Origin: Nitrospirota bacterium
GTDB taxonomy: Bacteria > Nitrospirota > UBA9217
NCBI GenBank assembly: GCA_963818475.1
Contig: CAWFSF010000006.1
Location: 928,001 to 992,000, forward strand
Direction of reading: 5' to 3'
DNA: 64,000 bases
Of this stretch, positions 20,265-30,405 are shown piece after piece. Under the pieces are notes generated by a model that saw nothing but the letters and a program-made list of their open reading frames with translations, was not told where the DNA came from and did not search any database. The translations under genes and the position numbers were made by a program. How positions within the stretch are numbered: the stretch's first letter is position 1; every line of letters begins with the position of its first letter.

Positions 20265-20915
20265 GTGAAATGGCCGGGAGACATAGCTGAAGCGAAGGCG
20301 GCGCAGGAGCTGATGCGCAGGAAGGTCAAGATCATTCCTTTCCGCGGCCGGCCGCGCTTCGTCGCAGGCGTGGACGCGGCCTTCTCTTCAACCCGGATCT
20401 TTGCAGCGGCATGCGTTTACCGCCTTTCCGACCTCACCTGCGTGGAACAGGCAACAGCCGCGCAGGACCTGCTTTTTCCGTACGTTCCGGGTCTGCTTTT
20501 TTTCCGGGAAGGACCGGCTGTCATCGAGGCCATCAGCAGACTGAAGCAGCGGCCCGATGTTATTCTGGCTGACGGTCAGGGCATTGCCCATCCCCGCGGG
20601 ATCGGGATCGCATCGCATATCGGGGTCGTGCTGGACATCCCTGCTATCGGATGCGCGAAAAAGCGGCTGGTCGGCGAATTTCGAGACCCGGGTGCGAAAA
20701 AGGGTGACTGGGAGCCTTTGCATTACCGCGATATGCTCGTCGGGGCAGTTCTCAGGACGCGCGACAACGTGCAATCCTTGTTCGTCTCGCCCGGTCACCG
20801 CATTGATGTGAGCACAGCGGTCAAGATCGTGCTGTCCTGCCTCGGTCGCTACCGCATCCCTGAACCTATCCGGTGCTCGGATATGCTGTCGAGAAAGATC
20901 ATGCGAGAGTCGTGA
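20265..20915 (+). CDS. nfi: Endonuclease V
   Basis: VAGVD, FPYVPGLLFFRE, DGQGIAHPRGIGIASH, VSPGH, YRIPEPIR. Confidence 0.95.
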   Translation: MKWPGDIAEAKAAQELMRRKVKIIPFRGRPRFVAGVDAAFSSTRIFAAACVYRLSDLTCVEQATAAQDLLFPYVPGLLFFREGPAVIEAISRLKQRPDVILADGQGIAHPRGIGIASHIGVVLDIPAIGCAKKRLVGEFRDPGAKKGDWEPLHYRDMLVGAVLRTRDNVQSLFVSPGHRIDVSTAVKIVLSCLGRYRIPEPIRCSDMLSRKIMRES

Positions 20916-20966
20916 GAGGCAGGTCTTCCCCTTTGACTATGCGTCGAGTCAGCAAGGAGCGGTTTT

Positions 20967-20982
20967 TATGATTTAAATCATG
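20967..20982 (+). promoter_or_regulatory. CRP/FNR-family-like palindrome TATGATTTAAATCATG
   Basis: ATGAT-N4-ATCAT, about 41-42 bp upstream of the start implied by -10 TATATT/TATTCT. Confidence 0.5.
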
Positions 20983-21015
20983 GCTGGCGCTGCGTGTTTC
21001 ATTATATTCTGAGGC

Positions 21016-21510
21016 ATGAAACCCTCAATTCCCGACACAGGAACGGTCATCAGGCTGGAAGGCGAAAATGCAGTGATCCGCATGAAAGGGGACGGGTCTT
21101 GCAGGAAGTGCGGAGTTGCGGTATTAGGCCTGTGCAGGGGGGGACTTATGCAGGTACTGACCGTCAAAAATTCGAAGAGGGCTCGTATCGGAGACACCGT
21201 TAAGATCGGGCTGGTTCAAGGGGTTCAATACACGGGTTATGTACTGGCCTATGTAATCCCATCGGTTGCGCTGATCTTCGGCGCAGTGGGAGGCCATTTC
21301 CTTGGATCTTATGCAGGTTTCCCACCATTGGATATTATTGCGGGCTTCACCTCGCTGATCGCGGTCTCGTTTTTATCCTTGAGGCGATTAAAGCGTCTGG
21401 ATGCTTCCTCTTCGATCGAGATCGTGAAAGTGCTTTTCGATCCCTGGAATCCCGGATCCCGGAGATCCGATGAAGAAACTATCCCCGATTACTCCCTTTC
21501 AAACTTCTAG
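21016..21510 (+). CDS. RseC/MucC family protein
   Basis: GTVIRLEG..A.I, CRKC...C, ARIGDTVKI, two TM helices. Confidence 0.8.
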   Translation: MKPSIPDTGTVIRLEGENAVIRMKGDGSCRKCGVAVLGLCRGGLMQVLTVKNSKRARIGDTVKIGLVQGVQYTGYVLAYVIPSVALIFGAVGGHFLGSYAGFPPLDIIAGFTSLIAVSFLSLRRLKRLDASSSIEIVKVLFDPWNPGSRRSDEETIPDYSLSNF

Positions 21511-21699
21511 CTGATCGTCCTTTTCATGACATTTTTTCTGATCGCTTTTCTCCTCCTCCTCATCGTCGTCCAGCATCCGGTACTTCGGCCCTTCGATATC
21601 ATCATACTGACCGCTCTTGACCGCCCAGAGGAAGAACATCCATCCGGCGAATCCCGCTCCCAGGGTCAAAAAGATCAGGAGGAGCATGCTCCACATCAT
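21499..21699 (-). CDS. ccoS: cbb3 oxidase maturation protein
   Basis: FLWAVKSGQYDDIEGPKYRML. Confidence 0.9.
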   Translation of the reverse strand: MMWSMLLLIFLTLGAGFAGWMFFLWAVKSGQYDDIEGPKYRMLDDDEEEEKSDQKKCHEKDDQLEV

Positions 21700-24149
21700 G
21701 ATGACAACCTCGCGCGCATGGAATTGCCGACCACCGAGAGCGAACTGAACGCCATGGCTGCAGCGGCCATGACCGGGTGCATAACGCCAAGGATGGCCAG
21801 GGGGATCACGACAATGTTGTAGAAGAAGGCCCAGAAGATATTCTGCTTTATGATCGCGAAGGTCTTTTTCGAGAGTGCTATGGCGTCCGCGACCAGCCTG
21901 AGGTCAGAGCGCAGAATGACCATGTCCGCGCTTTCAAGCGCGATATCCGTGGCCCGACCCATGGCGACACCGACTGTGGCCTGCACCAGTGCAGGCGCGT
22001 CATTAATGCCGTCTCCTGCCATCAGCACGTGCCTGCCCTCATGTTCCATCTGCCTAATTTCGGCTGCTTTATCAAGCGGCGAGGCCAGGGCCTTCACTTG
22101 TTCAATGCCGGTCTTTTGCGCAACAGCCTCGGCAGTAGGCAGATTGTCGCCCGTGATCATCATGACCCCGAGCCCTGCTTTCCTGAGCATGCCTACTGTT
22201 TCAATCGCTTCTTTTCGTATCGTATCCGCTATGACGAACATGCCGCATAGGGACCGGTCCTGGCACAGATAGACAACCGTGGCTCCTGATTTTTCGCTCT
22301 CGGCGATCTTTTTGAGCTGCTCGATCCCCAGTACTGCATCAATGCTGCTGCCCATGCCCTCGGTTTCGATGAACTGGCGGTTGCCGATGAATTCTGTTTT
22401 CCCGAGAATTGTGCCACGTATCCCTTTGCCGGCTACTGCGGAAAAACCAGAGATCTCGTAGGGCTCCATCGCATTCCCGGCTTCGACAATTGCCTTGCCC
22501 AGCGAGTGTTCCGAGCAGCGTTCCAGGGAAAGTGCAAGCCGGAGTGCTTCACTGTCGGTCATACCTATGCCGCGAGCCTCGCTCAGGACCGGTTTTCCTT
22601 CAGTTATGGTCCCGGTCTTATCCAAAACCACGAAGTCAACGGCCGCGGCCTTTTCGATCACGTCTCCGCCTTTGATCAGGATTCCCCGTGAAGCTCCGTG
22701 GGACGTGCCGATCAGGATGGCCAGGGGAGTGGCGAGCCCCAGGGCGCAGGGGCAGGCGATCACCAGGACCGAGACCGCGTTCATGACTGCCCGGGAGACC
22801 GGAGCGTCAAGGTAAAGCCAGCCCAGGAACGTCAGCAGTGCTATGAGCAGGACCGCGGGCACGAAATAGCCCACCACCCGGTCGGCTAAGGCCTGGATCG
22901 GCGCGCGGCGCGACTGAGCGTCCTCAACTGCCTGGATGATCCTGGCGAGCACTGTGTCCTTTCCTGTCGTGGTGATCTGGAAAACGAAGCTTCCGTAGAG
23001 GTTCTGCGTACCGCCGAAAACCTGTGCTCCCGGTTTTTTTGAAGAGGGCTTCGACTCGCCGGTGAGCATGGATTCATCAGCTTCAGATTCTCCGGCCACG
23101 ACCATGCCGTCGATCGGTATCCGTTCACCGGGTATCACTTCGATAAAATCTCCGGGCCGCAGCGATGAGAGGGGGACCATTTGTCGCACTGCCAGGTGCG
23201 TCCACGCTCCGGCTTCCTGCTTCCGCGTGGCATCCAGCTTCCGGGCTGTTTTGGGCGTCAGTTGCATCAATTTGTGGATCGTTTCCGAGGCTTTTCCTTT
23301 AGCGCCTGCCTCGATGTATCTGCCGAGGAGAATGAGCGTAATGATCATGGCCGCCGTATCAAAATAGACCTCTCCGCCCGTAGCCATCTGGTATATGCTG
23401 TATCCGTATGCGGAAAGGGCGCCGGCCGTGATCAGGACATCCATGTTCAACGTGAGGTTCACCATGCCCCGGAAAGCCCCCTTGATGAGCGGCCAGCCCG
23501 AGTAGAACAGGACCGGAGTCGTGAGCAGCAGCGAGATCACATGAAAGAGGGATTTGAGCTTTTCGTCAATACCCTGAAAATACCCGGCATAGAGGGCAAC
23601 GGAGAACAGCATGAGCTGCATGGAAAAGAAAGCCGCGGTGCCGAAGCGGAGCAGCAGGTCGCGGGTCTCGCGCTGCTGTGCCTGTTCGAACTGGCCCGAG
23701 AGGAAGGGTTTCGCCGTGTAGCCGATGGACGCGATCCGCCCGATGATCGCGCCTATGTCGGTCTTGTCCGGGTTCCAGCGGATCTTTGCCCGGTGGGTGG
23801 CGTAATTCACCCTGGCGTAGGATATTCCGTCCGTCCTGGCGAGGATCTTTTCGTTCAGCCAGACGCAGGACGCGCACCGGATGCCGTCGAGGATGATATC
23901 GGTTTCTATCTCCGTGCCCGCGGGCCGCAGGCCGTCCAGGAAGGCGGAAACATCCACGGATTTTTTTTCAGCCGGGCCGGGCGTCCATGTCCGCCGTTTT
24001 GCGTAAAAGTCATCGAGCCCTTCGCTGTGGATAAGCTGGTAGATGCCGCTGCACCCGTGGCAGCAAAAGACCTTCGGCTGTCCATCCACGTCTTCGTGGA
24101 TCGCGTTGCGCTTCGATACTTCGAGCAGGCAGTGGTCACAGGTCAACAT
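21696..24149 (-). CDS. ccoI: Cu-translocating P1B ATPase (FixI/CcoI)
   Basis: CDHC..FCCHGC, CASC, CPCALGLATP, DKTGT, GDGINDAPAL. Confidence 0.93.
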   Translation of the reverse strand: MLTCDHCLLEVSKRNAIHEDVDGQPKVFCCHGCSGIYQLIHSEGLDDFYAKRRTWTPGPAEKKSVDVSAFLDGLRPAGTEIETDIILDGIRCASCVWLNEKILARTDGISYARVNYATHRAKIRWNPDKTDIGAIIGRIASIGYTAKPFLSGQFEQAQQRETRDLLLRFGTAAFFSMQLMLFSVALYAGYFQGIDEKLKSLFHVISLLLTTPVLFYSGWPLIKGAFRGMVNLTLNMDVLITAGALSAYGYSIYQMATGGEVYFDTAAMIITLILLGRYIEAGAKGKASETIHKLMQLTPKTARKLDATRKQEAGAWTHLAVRQMVPLSSLRPGDFIEVIPGERIPIDGMVVAGESEADESMLTGESKPSSKKPGAQVFGGTQNLYGSFVFQITTTGKDTVLARIIQAVEDAQSRRAPIQALADRVVGYFVPAVLLIALLTFLGWLYLDAPVSRAVMNAVSVLVIACPCALGLATPLAILIGTSHGASRGILIKGGDVIEKAAAVDFVVLDKTGTITEGKPVLSEARGIGMTDSEALRLALSLERCSEHSLGKAIVEAGNAMEPYEISGFSAVAGKGIRGTILGKTEFIGNRQFIETEGMGSSIDAVLGIEQLKKIAESEKSGATVVYLCQDRSLCGMFVIADTIRKEAIETVGMLRKAGLGVMMITGDNLPTAEAVAQKTGIEQVKALASPLDKAAEIRQMEHEGRHVLMAGDGINDAPALVQATVGVAMGRATDIALESADMVILRSDLRLVADAIALSKKTFAIIKQNIFWAFFYNIVVIPLAILGVMHPVMAAAAMAFSSLSVVGNSMRARLSS

Positions 24150-24816
24150 AGAGCTTTATTCCTTTGTACAGAAAATAGACGCCCATGACGATGACGATGA
24201 TGCCGCTTGCCCGGTAGATACTGCCCCGGAGCGTTGCGCTGAGCGATGTTATGGCAGCTCCGAATAAAAGCAAGGCAGGAAGCGTGCCGAGGCCGAACAG
24301 CAGGGTCGTTGCCATGCCGGGAACCAGTCCTCCGGTCCCGGCTGCGGCGATGAATACTGTGTAGGAGAGTCCGCAGGGGAGCAGGCCGATCAGGAGACCG
24401 AGGGGATAGTAGTGAAATGGCGAAGATGACGACCGGACCTGGTGGGCCAGCCGGAGGACCGGGAAATTATGCTTCTCGATCCATGCCATTGAGCCGGTTC
24501 TCGAAACGATGGCCATCCCCATGGCGACCATCATGATGCCGGCAAGAAGGGCCACGATATTCTGGATCCCTGCAAGTCTTCCGGCGACATTGACAAAAGA
24601 GCCCGATAACCCCATGATCCCGCCGATGATCCCATAGGTCGTTATGCGGCCCAGGTTGTACAGAACATGAGGGGAGAAGCGGCTGAACCACGGCAAAGCC
24701 TTGCCGGATGTCGTCGCGAGCGTATAGGATGCGACAAGCGGTCCGCACATGCCGATGCAGTGGCCGAAGCCGCCGAGAATGCCGGTCGTGAATGCCAGGA
24801 GAAAGCCGGGTTCCAT
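24136..24816 (-). CDS. DsbD_2/TauE-like cbb3 assembly membrane protein
   Basis: GHCIGMCGP, YNLGRITTY, GLLPCGLSY, FGLGTLPAL. Confidence 0.85.
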   Translation of the reverse strand: MEPGFLLAFTTGILGGFGHCIGMCGPLVASYTLATTSGKALPWFSRFSPHVLYNLGRITTYGIIGGIMGLSGSFVNVAGRLAGIQNIVALLAGIMMVAMGMAIVSRTGSMAWIEKHNFPVLRLAHQVRSSSSPFHYYPLGLLIGLLPCGLSYTVFIAAAGTGGLVPGMATTLLFGLGTLPALLLFGAAITSLSATLRGSIYRASGIIVIVMGVYFLYKGIKLYVDL

Positions 24817-24817
24817 G

Positions 24818-25288
24818 CTACCTGACCTCAAATATAAAATCAGCCGCAACAGACTTTCCCGCATCAGTAGCCGTTACTTTTGCTTTCCAGGTTTTATGAC
24901 CGCTCATGCATCGGGTAATCGTCCCGTGTCCCTCATATCTTCCGTTCTTGCCCCGCTTCAGGGCCACCTGGTTCTTACCCATGTACATGCCGGGCATGGT
25001 GAACTCAAGCAGGACCGTCGCATCATGGACAGGTTTCCCGTTTTTGGAAAGCGATACGATGAAAGTAAGGTCCGACATCGCCGTCACCGGCCTGGGCAGT
25101 ATCTCGAACTTGATCTTCGTGCCGTCGTCAGTTGCCGTGATACAGGGGCCTTGCTGGATGTCGCAGTTTATCCCGTGTTCTTCTGCGGCAGCGGCTGTGA
25201 GCATAGCCGTGCTCAACATCCCTGCTGTCAGGATAATCCCGGCGAGGTATCGCAACCGCCTCATGATCATGATGATTAACCGTTTCAT
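24818..25288 (-). CDS. FixH/YtkA-like exported protein
   Basis: Signal peptide, CDIQQGPC, FTMPGMYMG. Confidence 0.7.
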   Translation of the reverse strand: MKRLIIMIMRRLRYLAGIILTAGMLSTAMLTAAAAEEHGINCDIQQGPCITATDDGTKIKFEILPRPVTAMSDLTFIVSLSKNGKPVHDATVLLEFTMPGMYMGKNQVALKRGKNGRYEGHGTITRCMSGHKTWKAKVTATDAGKSVAADFIFEVR

Positions 25289-25740
25289 TGGGCTCCTTGT
25301 TCAGCGTATGCGGCATTTTTTAAACTGGCATGATCGCCGCGATGATCGATATCGCTTAGTATGTCCCAGCTCCCCTTGAGCGGAAGGTCAATGGAGGCAT
25401 GGTAACTGTTGTCAGAATGTCGTGCCATTGAGTACGTTTTATCGTACTGCCGCGTTGAAGGCCTGCTGACCGTAACGTGGACCACAGCATCGGTCAACGG
25501 GGCCCGGTTCTTATCTATGATCAGCAAAGACAGTTCGTTTTGTCCCGTTTTGAACTGCGGGTTTTGCAGGATGACGGTCCATCCCAGCTTCGCTTTATTT
25601 TGCATCGTCCGGTCCCATGCCAGTCCGGCTTCATAGGGTTTCTCCACAACGATGCCTTCGAAACTGTCCATTCCGACAACGATGGTCCCTATGGTGGCGG
25701 CAAGGCCGATGATGCAAACCAGGGTGATCAGTGTGCGCAT
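25285..25740 (-). CDS. FixH family protein
   Basis: N-terminal TM, VVEKPYEAGLAWD, AKLGW, SRPS, LPLKGSW. Confidence 0.8.
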   Translation of the reverse strand: MRTLITLVCIIGLAATIGTIVVGMDSFEGIVVEKPYEAGLAWDRTMQNKAKLGWTVILQNPQFKTGQNELSLLIIDKNRAPLTDAVVHVTVSRPSTRQYDKTYSMARHSDNSYHASIDLPLKGSWDILSDIDHRGDHASLKNAAYAEQGAQ

Positions 25741-25755
25741 GGTATAAAAAACCTT

Positions 25756-26970
25756 TCATTGAATGTTCGGAATCGCAAAATAAATACTTTTTGACAGGCT
25801 CTTGTCCGTTTGTTCGGACCGGAGGGTCAACGTGATCGTCGCGGGACGGTGTTCTTTTCCCGATATTCCCGGCAAGGACACGGCGACCCGTGTATGCGTC
25901 ATGTCCGCGCTCTTCGGCAGCGTGATCGCGGCGGGCGAGACCGCAGCCGCACCGGTCGACGCTGATGCGAAGAGGACCAGTTGAAGGTCGGACGCGCTCA
26001 TATTTCTCAGCGACAGTTCATAGGTGTTCGTTATACTACCATCCGCGCCTATTGCAGGGGGCGTTGCATAGTCCAGGCGCATGGTCATGTCAAAGGGCAT
26101 CCGCGTTGCAGAGAGATAGATAAGAACCGCAAAGGCCGCCACGGCAACGGCTCCGGTGATTAAGGGAACTGCCCGGACCCCCGAGCCGCGCACTCCCGGG
26201 GCGCCGAAGGTGTACTGCACCAGCGATGAGCGGCCCCGCCGGGCCATTCGGTCGGTGCAGGCGTCCACGCATTCGGCACAGTGGATGCATGCCGTCTGTG
26301 AACCCTTTCTGATGTCGATGCCGACGGGACAGGCTGCTGCGCAGGCGTTGCAGTGCATGCACTCCTCAGCGCGCCGGGGATCGAAGGCCACCACCAGCGT
26401 TCGCTCGTCGAACAGCACGCCCTGCAGTTTTGCATAGGGACAGACCGTTGCACAGAATGTCCTCCGCAGAGCGATCAGATCGAGAGCGATGATGATGAAG
26501 AGGACGAGGAAGGATCCCGCCACGATCTTCGCCGCCATTCCGCCGGCTGTCAGCAGAGCAGGCAAATCGTAGGGAGAGACGAAATACCCGATCAGGCTTG
26601 CCGCGATGACCATGCTCACCAGGATGCCTGCTGCGAAGGGGGCAATTTTCCGGAATCCACGCCGCTTCCCAGCAGCATCGAAGAGATCAGTGGCATCGAC
26701 CAGTATCGTCTGAGGGCAAAGCCATCCGCACCACATCCGGCCAAAGAGCGTTGTTGCCACGATGCCAGCAAAGGTTATAAATATCACCGCGATCAGGATG
26801 ATGAAAAAATCCGCCATCGGGACCGTGGTGCCGAAAAGCAGGAGCCGAAGGGTCGGAACATCGAACCGGAAGGCGCTTTCCCCGCCCACGCGCAGAAAGG
26901 GGAGCCCGACGAAGATGAGCAGCAACACGGCGCCCAGGGAACGTCTGAACCGGTGGAACTTCCTACTCAT
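25756..26970 (-). CDS. ccoG: cbb3 accessory 4Fe-4S protein (FixG/CcoG)
   Basis: GRMWCGWLCPQT, FCATVCPY, CMHCNACAAACPVGIDIR, CIHCAECVDAC; start overlaps ccoQ stop. Confidence 0.9.
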   Translation of the reverse strand: MSRKFHRFRRSLGAVLLLIFVGLPFLRVGGESAFRFDVPTLRLLLFGTTVPMADFFIILIAVIFITFAGIVATTLFGRMWCGWLCPQTILVDATDLFDAAGKRRGFRKIAPFAAGILVSMVIAASLIGYFVSPYDLPALLTAGGMAAKIVAGSFLVLFIIIALDLIALRRTFCATVCPYAKLQGVLFDERTLVVAFDPRRAEECMHCNACAAACPVGIDIRKGSQTACIHCAECVDACTDRMARRGRSSLVQYTFGAPGVRGSGVRAVPLITGAVAVAAFAVLIYLSATRMPFDMTMRLDYATPPAIGADGSITNTYELSLRNMSASDLQLVLFASASTGAAAVSPAAITLPKSADMTHTRVAVSLPGISGKEHRPATITLTLRSEQTDKSLSKSIYFAIPNIQ

Positions 26971-27106
26971 CGTCATCCAGCATTGAATATTTCGCTTCTT
27001 CAACCCTGGTGCGCCGCTTTGTGGAGTAGTAGTGCGCGATGATTATGACAAAGAGGACGACGAGGGCGAGCCCGAACAGAAAATATGCCCATGCTTGTTT
27101 TTCCAT
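26963..27106 (-). CDS. ccoQ: cbb3 oxidase small subunit, 47 aa (not in ORF track)
   Basis: MEKQAWAYFLFGLALVVLFVIIIAHYYSTKRRTRVEEAKYSMLDDDE: single TM plus EEAKY..LDD tail. Confidence 0.8.
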   Translation of the reverse strand: MEKQAWAYFLFGLALVVLFVIIIAHYYSTKRRTRVEEAKYSMLDDDE

Positions 27107-27133
27107 ATACGATACCTGTCTTTCAGGGGGAGT

Positions 27134-27241
27134 TCAGTTTTTTGTATCGTTCTTCCTGCCGCCTGCCGCAAAAATAAGCACGATGATGCCGATCACCGCT
27201 GCAGTCGTAAAACCGATCGTTGCAAAAATTGACAAGTCCAT
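27134..27241 (-). CDS. 35-aa single-TM peptide in cco operon (not in ORF track)
   Basis: MDLSIFATIGFTTAAVIGIIVLIFAAGGRKNDTKN; strong RBS AAGGAGG. Confidence 0.7.
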   Translation of the reverse strand: MDLSIFATIGFTTAAVIGIIVLIFAAGGRKNDTKN

Positions 27242-27333
27242 GGAATGCTTCCTCCTTCCAGGGTCGTTAAGGGTGTGGAGCCAGGGCCGCGCCTGAAGGA
27301 TAATGGCAGCAGTACCCTGACTCCACAGGGGGA

Positions 27334-27516
27334 TTACGGTTTCACCGATTCCGTATACGCGCGCTCCTGGGACCAGCCGCTGATGGATGGCGTATAGGCA
27401 ACAAAATAATAAACGCCGAAGAGAATGAGCCCCCAGAACAGAAGCAGCCAGCCCAGAGGGAGTGCATGTGATGTAGCCTTTGCTTCAAAGTCATGAATGT
27501 TGTCATCTTCAGCCAT
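27334..27516 (-). CDS. Stand-alone CcoP N-terminal (FixP_N-like) membrane peptide, 60 aa
   Basis: LPLGWLLLFWGLILFGVYY resembles CcoP N-terminal helix; RBS AAGGAG; no heme motif. Confidence 0.75.
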   Translation of the reverse strand: MAEDDNIHDFEAKATSHALPLGWLLLFWGLILFGVYYFVAYTPSISGWSQERAYTESVKP

Positions 27517-27527
27517 GGCATTTCTCC

Positions 27528-28464
27528 TTATTTTTTCCCCTGGAGCGATCTGATATAAGCAACCAGCGACCATATCTTGTTCTTGTCCAATGTTCCGGAG
27601 TAGGAGGGCATGCCGCCTTTAGCCGTCCTTCCGTCCACGACCATGTTGGGTTGTGTGCCGTTGTTGATGACTTCGAAGTAATCGTCATCAGGTATATCGC
27701 CGGCGACATACAAGAAAGTCGTATCCGTCAGGTTCGGTCCGATGGCGCCTTTCCCGTCAGCGCCATGGCATGCGGCGCAGTGCTGTTTGTACAAGGCCGC
27801 GCCCGTGCCGATCGCGGCGGTGTCCCCGGCAAGCGGGTTCGGAATAGGCGTTTCCTTGACCAGCGGCTGCGCCGTTGCTGCGGAGGCCCTCTTGACCGAC
27901 GTGCCGATCGACCTGAACGTACGCGATCAGGGCGTCCAGCTCATTCTTGTTTTTCAGTTCTGCGATCTCGTCCGGCGCGATGGGGAAATCATTCGCCTTC
28001 ATATGCGCCTGGATCTCCGCAGGATCGAGCTTGTTGTTCTTCATCCATCCGTAGGCCGGCATATTGGATTCAGCGAAGATCGCCTGGGCGTTGTCAAAAT
28101 GGATCTCATGCCACTTGTCCGGATATTTGCCGCCGATGCGCGCCAGGTCCGGGCCGGTGCGTTTCGATCCCCAGAGGAACGGACGGTCATAGGCGAACTC
28201 CCCGGCCTTCGAGTATTCGCCGTACCGCATGACCTCGGTCTTCAGCGGACGCACCGTCTGCGTGTGGCAGTTATTGCAGCCTTCGCGCTGGTAAATGTCC
28301 TTGCCCGCAAGCTGCAGCGCGGTGTAGGGTTTCAGGTTCGCCAGTTTCGGATGCATCTCCGGCGTCAGCATCGGGATGAACATGGTGACTGCGGTCCCGA
28401 TGAGGATGACGACGGCCGCGACGATCGCGAACAGAATGGGTTTACTGTAGAGATTGCCTGCCAT
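27528..28464 (-). CDS. ccoO: cbb3 subunit II fused to extra cytochrome c domain, frameshift near 27910
   Basis: GKDIYQREGCNNCHTQTVRP, WGSKRTGPDLARIG; next frame gives NPLAGD..YKQHCAACHGADGKGAIGPNLTD. Confidence 0.88.
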
Positions 28465-28473
28465 GATATCCCC

Positions 28474-29877
28474 CTATGCCTTCGCGCCGGCAGGCGGGAG
28501 CGCCTTGCCTTTGCGCATCGTCATGAACACATTGTAGATGAAGAAGAGCATGCCGATCGTGAAGATCACGCCCCCGATCGTCCTCATTTTCCAATAGGGA
28601 TAGTTCTTGGCCACAACCTCTATGAACGTATAGGTCAGGCTTCCGTCAGGGTTCGTGGCCTTCCAGAGCGCGCCCTGCATGATCCCGGTGATCCACATGG
28701 TGATCGAGAAGATCAGCTGGCCGATCAGGACGAGCCAGAAATGGATATTCGCGATCTTTACGCTGTAGATCTCCGTGTTGTAGATCTTCGGGATGATGTA
28801 ATAGATGGCTGCCGCCGTTGTCATCGTTACCCAGCCCATGGTCCCCATATGCACATGGCCGGGGACCCAGTCGGTATAATGAATGAGCTGGCTCACCACG
28901 CGCAGTCCCTGGGTCGGCCCCTGCACGGTCTGCAGGCCGTAGAACGTGATGCCGAGGATGAAGAACTTGGTGAGATAATTGGTCTGCATCTTCGACCAGT
29001 CGGTGCCGACCGTATAATACCCGTTCACCACGGAACCCCAGGACGGCGCGATCAGGAAGATGGTGAAGGCGATGCCCAGGGTCTGGATCCAGTCGGGCAG
29101 GGGCGTGTACACCAGATGGTGCGCTCCGGTCCAGAGATAGGCGAACACCAGGGACCAGAAGGCGATGATCGAAAGACGGTGGCTGTAGATCGGCAGGCCC
29201 GTTGATTTGGGCAGAAAATAATAGAACATGGCAAGGATGGGCGTGGTGAAGATGAAGCCCACGGCGTTATGCCCGTACCACCATTGCACGTTGGCGCTGT
29301 TGACGCCGGCAAAAAGATGATAGGACTTGGTAAGCCCGGCAGGGATCGACAGGTTGTTCACGATATACAGCACGGCCACGGCGACGACCGTTGCAAGGAT
29401 GTACCAGAGGGAGATGTACATCTGCTCTTCTTTGCGCTTGATGATCGTGCCGAAGATGTTCACGGCAAAGATCACCCAGAGGATGACGACGCCGATGTCG
29501 AGCGGCCATTCAAGCTCCGCATATTCCAGTGACTGGTTCATGCCGAGGAACAGGCTGAGCGCAGCGAGCGCTATGGCGGCATTGAAGAGATACAGATGGA
29601 ACCGCGCGAGCTTTGGGAACAGCAGCGGCCGTTTGGTGAGCCTCATGATGATATAGTAGAAAATCCCGAAGATCGCGCCGATGCCGAGCCCGAAGGCGAG
29701 CCCGTTCGTGTGCACCACCCGCAGCCGTCCGAAGGTGAAGTAGGGCGCGATGTTCAGTGACGGCATCCACATCTGGATGGATATCCAGAGCCCGATCACG
29801 ATGCCGACGACGCCCCAGAATATCGAGGACAGGATAAAACCTTTTACCGTTTGATTATCATATTGATAATCATTCAT
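28474..29877 (-). CDS. ccoN: cbb3-type cytochrome c oxidase subunit I
   Basis: FGRLRVVHTN, EYAELEWP, QWWYGHNAVGF, GAHHL, HYTDWVPGHVH. Confidence 0.97.
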   Translation of the reverse strand: MNDYQYDNQTVKGFILSSIFWGVVGIVIGLWISIQMWMPSLNIAPYFTFGRLRVVHTNGLAFGLGIGAIFGIFYYIIMRLTKRPLLFPKLARFHLYLFNAAIALAALSLFLGMNQSLEYAELEWPLDIGVVILWVIFAVNIFGTIIKRKEEQMYISLWYILATVVAVAVLYIVNNLSIPAGLTKSYHLFAGVNSANVQWWYGHNAVGFIFTTPILAMFYYFLPKSTGLPIYSHRLSIIAFWSLVFAYLWTGAHHLVYTPLPDWIQTLGIAFTIFLIAPSWGSVVNGYYTVGTDWSKMQTNYLTKFFILGITFYGLQTVQGPTQGLRVVSQLIHYTDWVPGHVHMGTMGWVTMTTAAAIYYIIPKIYNTEIYSVKIANIHFWLVLIGQLIFSITMWITGIMQGALWKATNPDGSLTYTFIEVVAKNYPYWKMRTIGGVIFTIGMLFFIYNVFMTMRKGKALPPAGAKA

Positions 29878-29923
29878 ACCAGTTGCCTCCTTATGCAGGA
29901 CCTTTGGTCCCCGATTTATATAA

Positions 29924-30322
29924 TTATCTTCCCCGCAGTTTGTCGATCGTTTCTTTTCTGAGACGTTCCTCCACCTCCCTTCGGATGTCCACCCATACCG
30001 GGTGAACCGCGCAGGAAGAGCTCATTTGGCACTTTTTATTGTCGACTGCGCACACATTTATGCCGGCAGGCCCCTGGATCGCTTCCATGATCTCCAGGAG
30101 GGATATTTCGGCCGGTTTTTTGGCGAGCCTGAAACCGCCGTGCATGCCGCGAAGGGAGCCGACGATCTTGCTGCGGATAAGCCGCTGGAGGATCTTGGCC
30201 AGAAAGGTCTTCGGGATGTGCATTGCATGGGCGATCTCGGTGACGTTGGCAACGAGGTCCTTTTCGCGTGCAAGATACAGCACACACCGTACGGCATAGT
30301 CAGTTTCTCTGGTAACGAGCAT
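29924..30322 (-). CDS. Rrf2 family transcriptional regulator with three Cys
   Basis: TRETDYAVR, FLAKILQRL, RGMHGGFRLAK, C..C..CAVHPVW. Confidence 0.93.
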   Translation of the reverse strand: MLVTRETDYAVRCVLYLAREKDLVANVTEIAHAMHIPKTFLAKILQRLIRSKIVGSLRGMHGGFRLAKKPAEISLLEIMEAIQGPAGINVCAVDNKKCQMSSSCAVHPVWVDIRREVEERLRKETIDKLRGR

Positions 30323-30405
30323 AAGGTCTTTCTTTAGAAGATCTTCACTGACAAGATAAGTCTATCACAGGATTCATCGACAATATGCGGCCTGTCTTGT
30401 CTGTC

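Noticed and set aside
27742-29205. 487-aa plus-strand ORF
   Set aside because: Antisense shadow of ccoN/ccoO caused by GC codon bias
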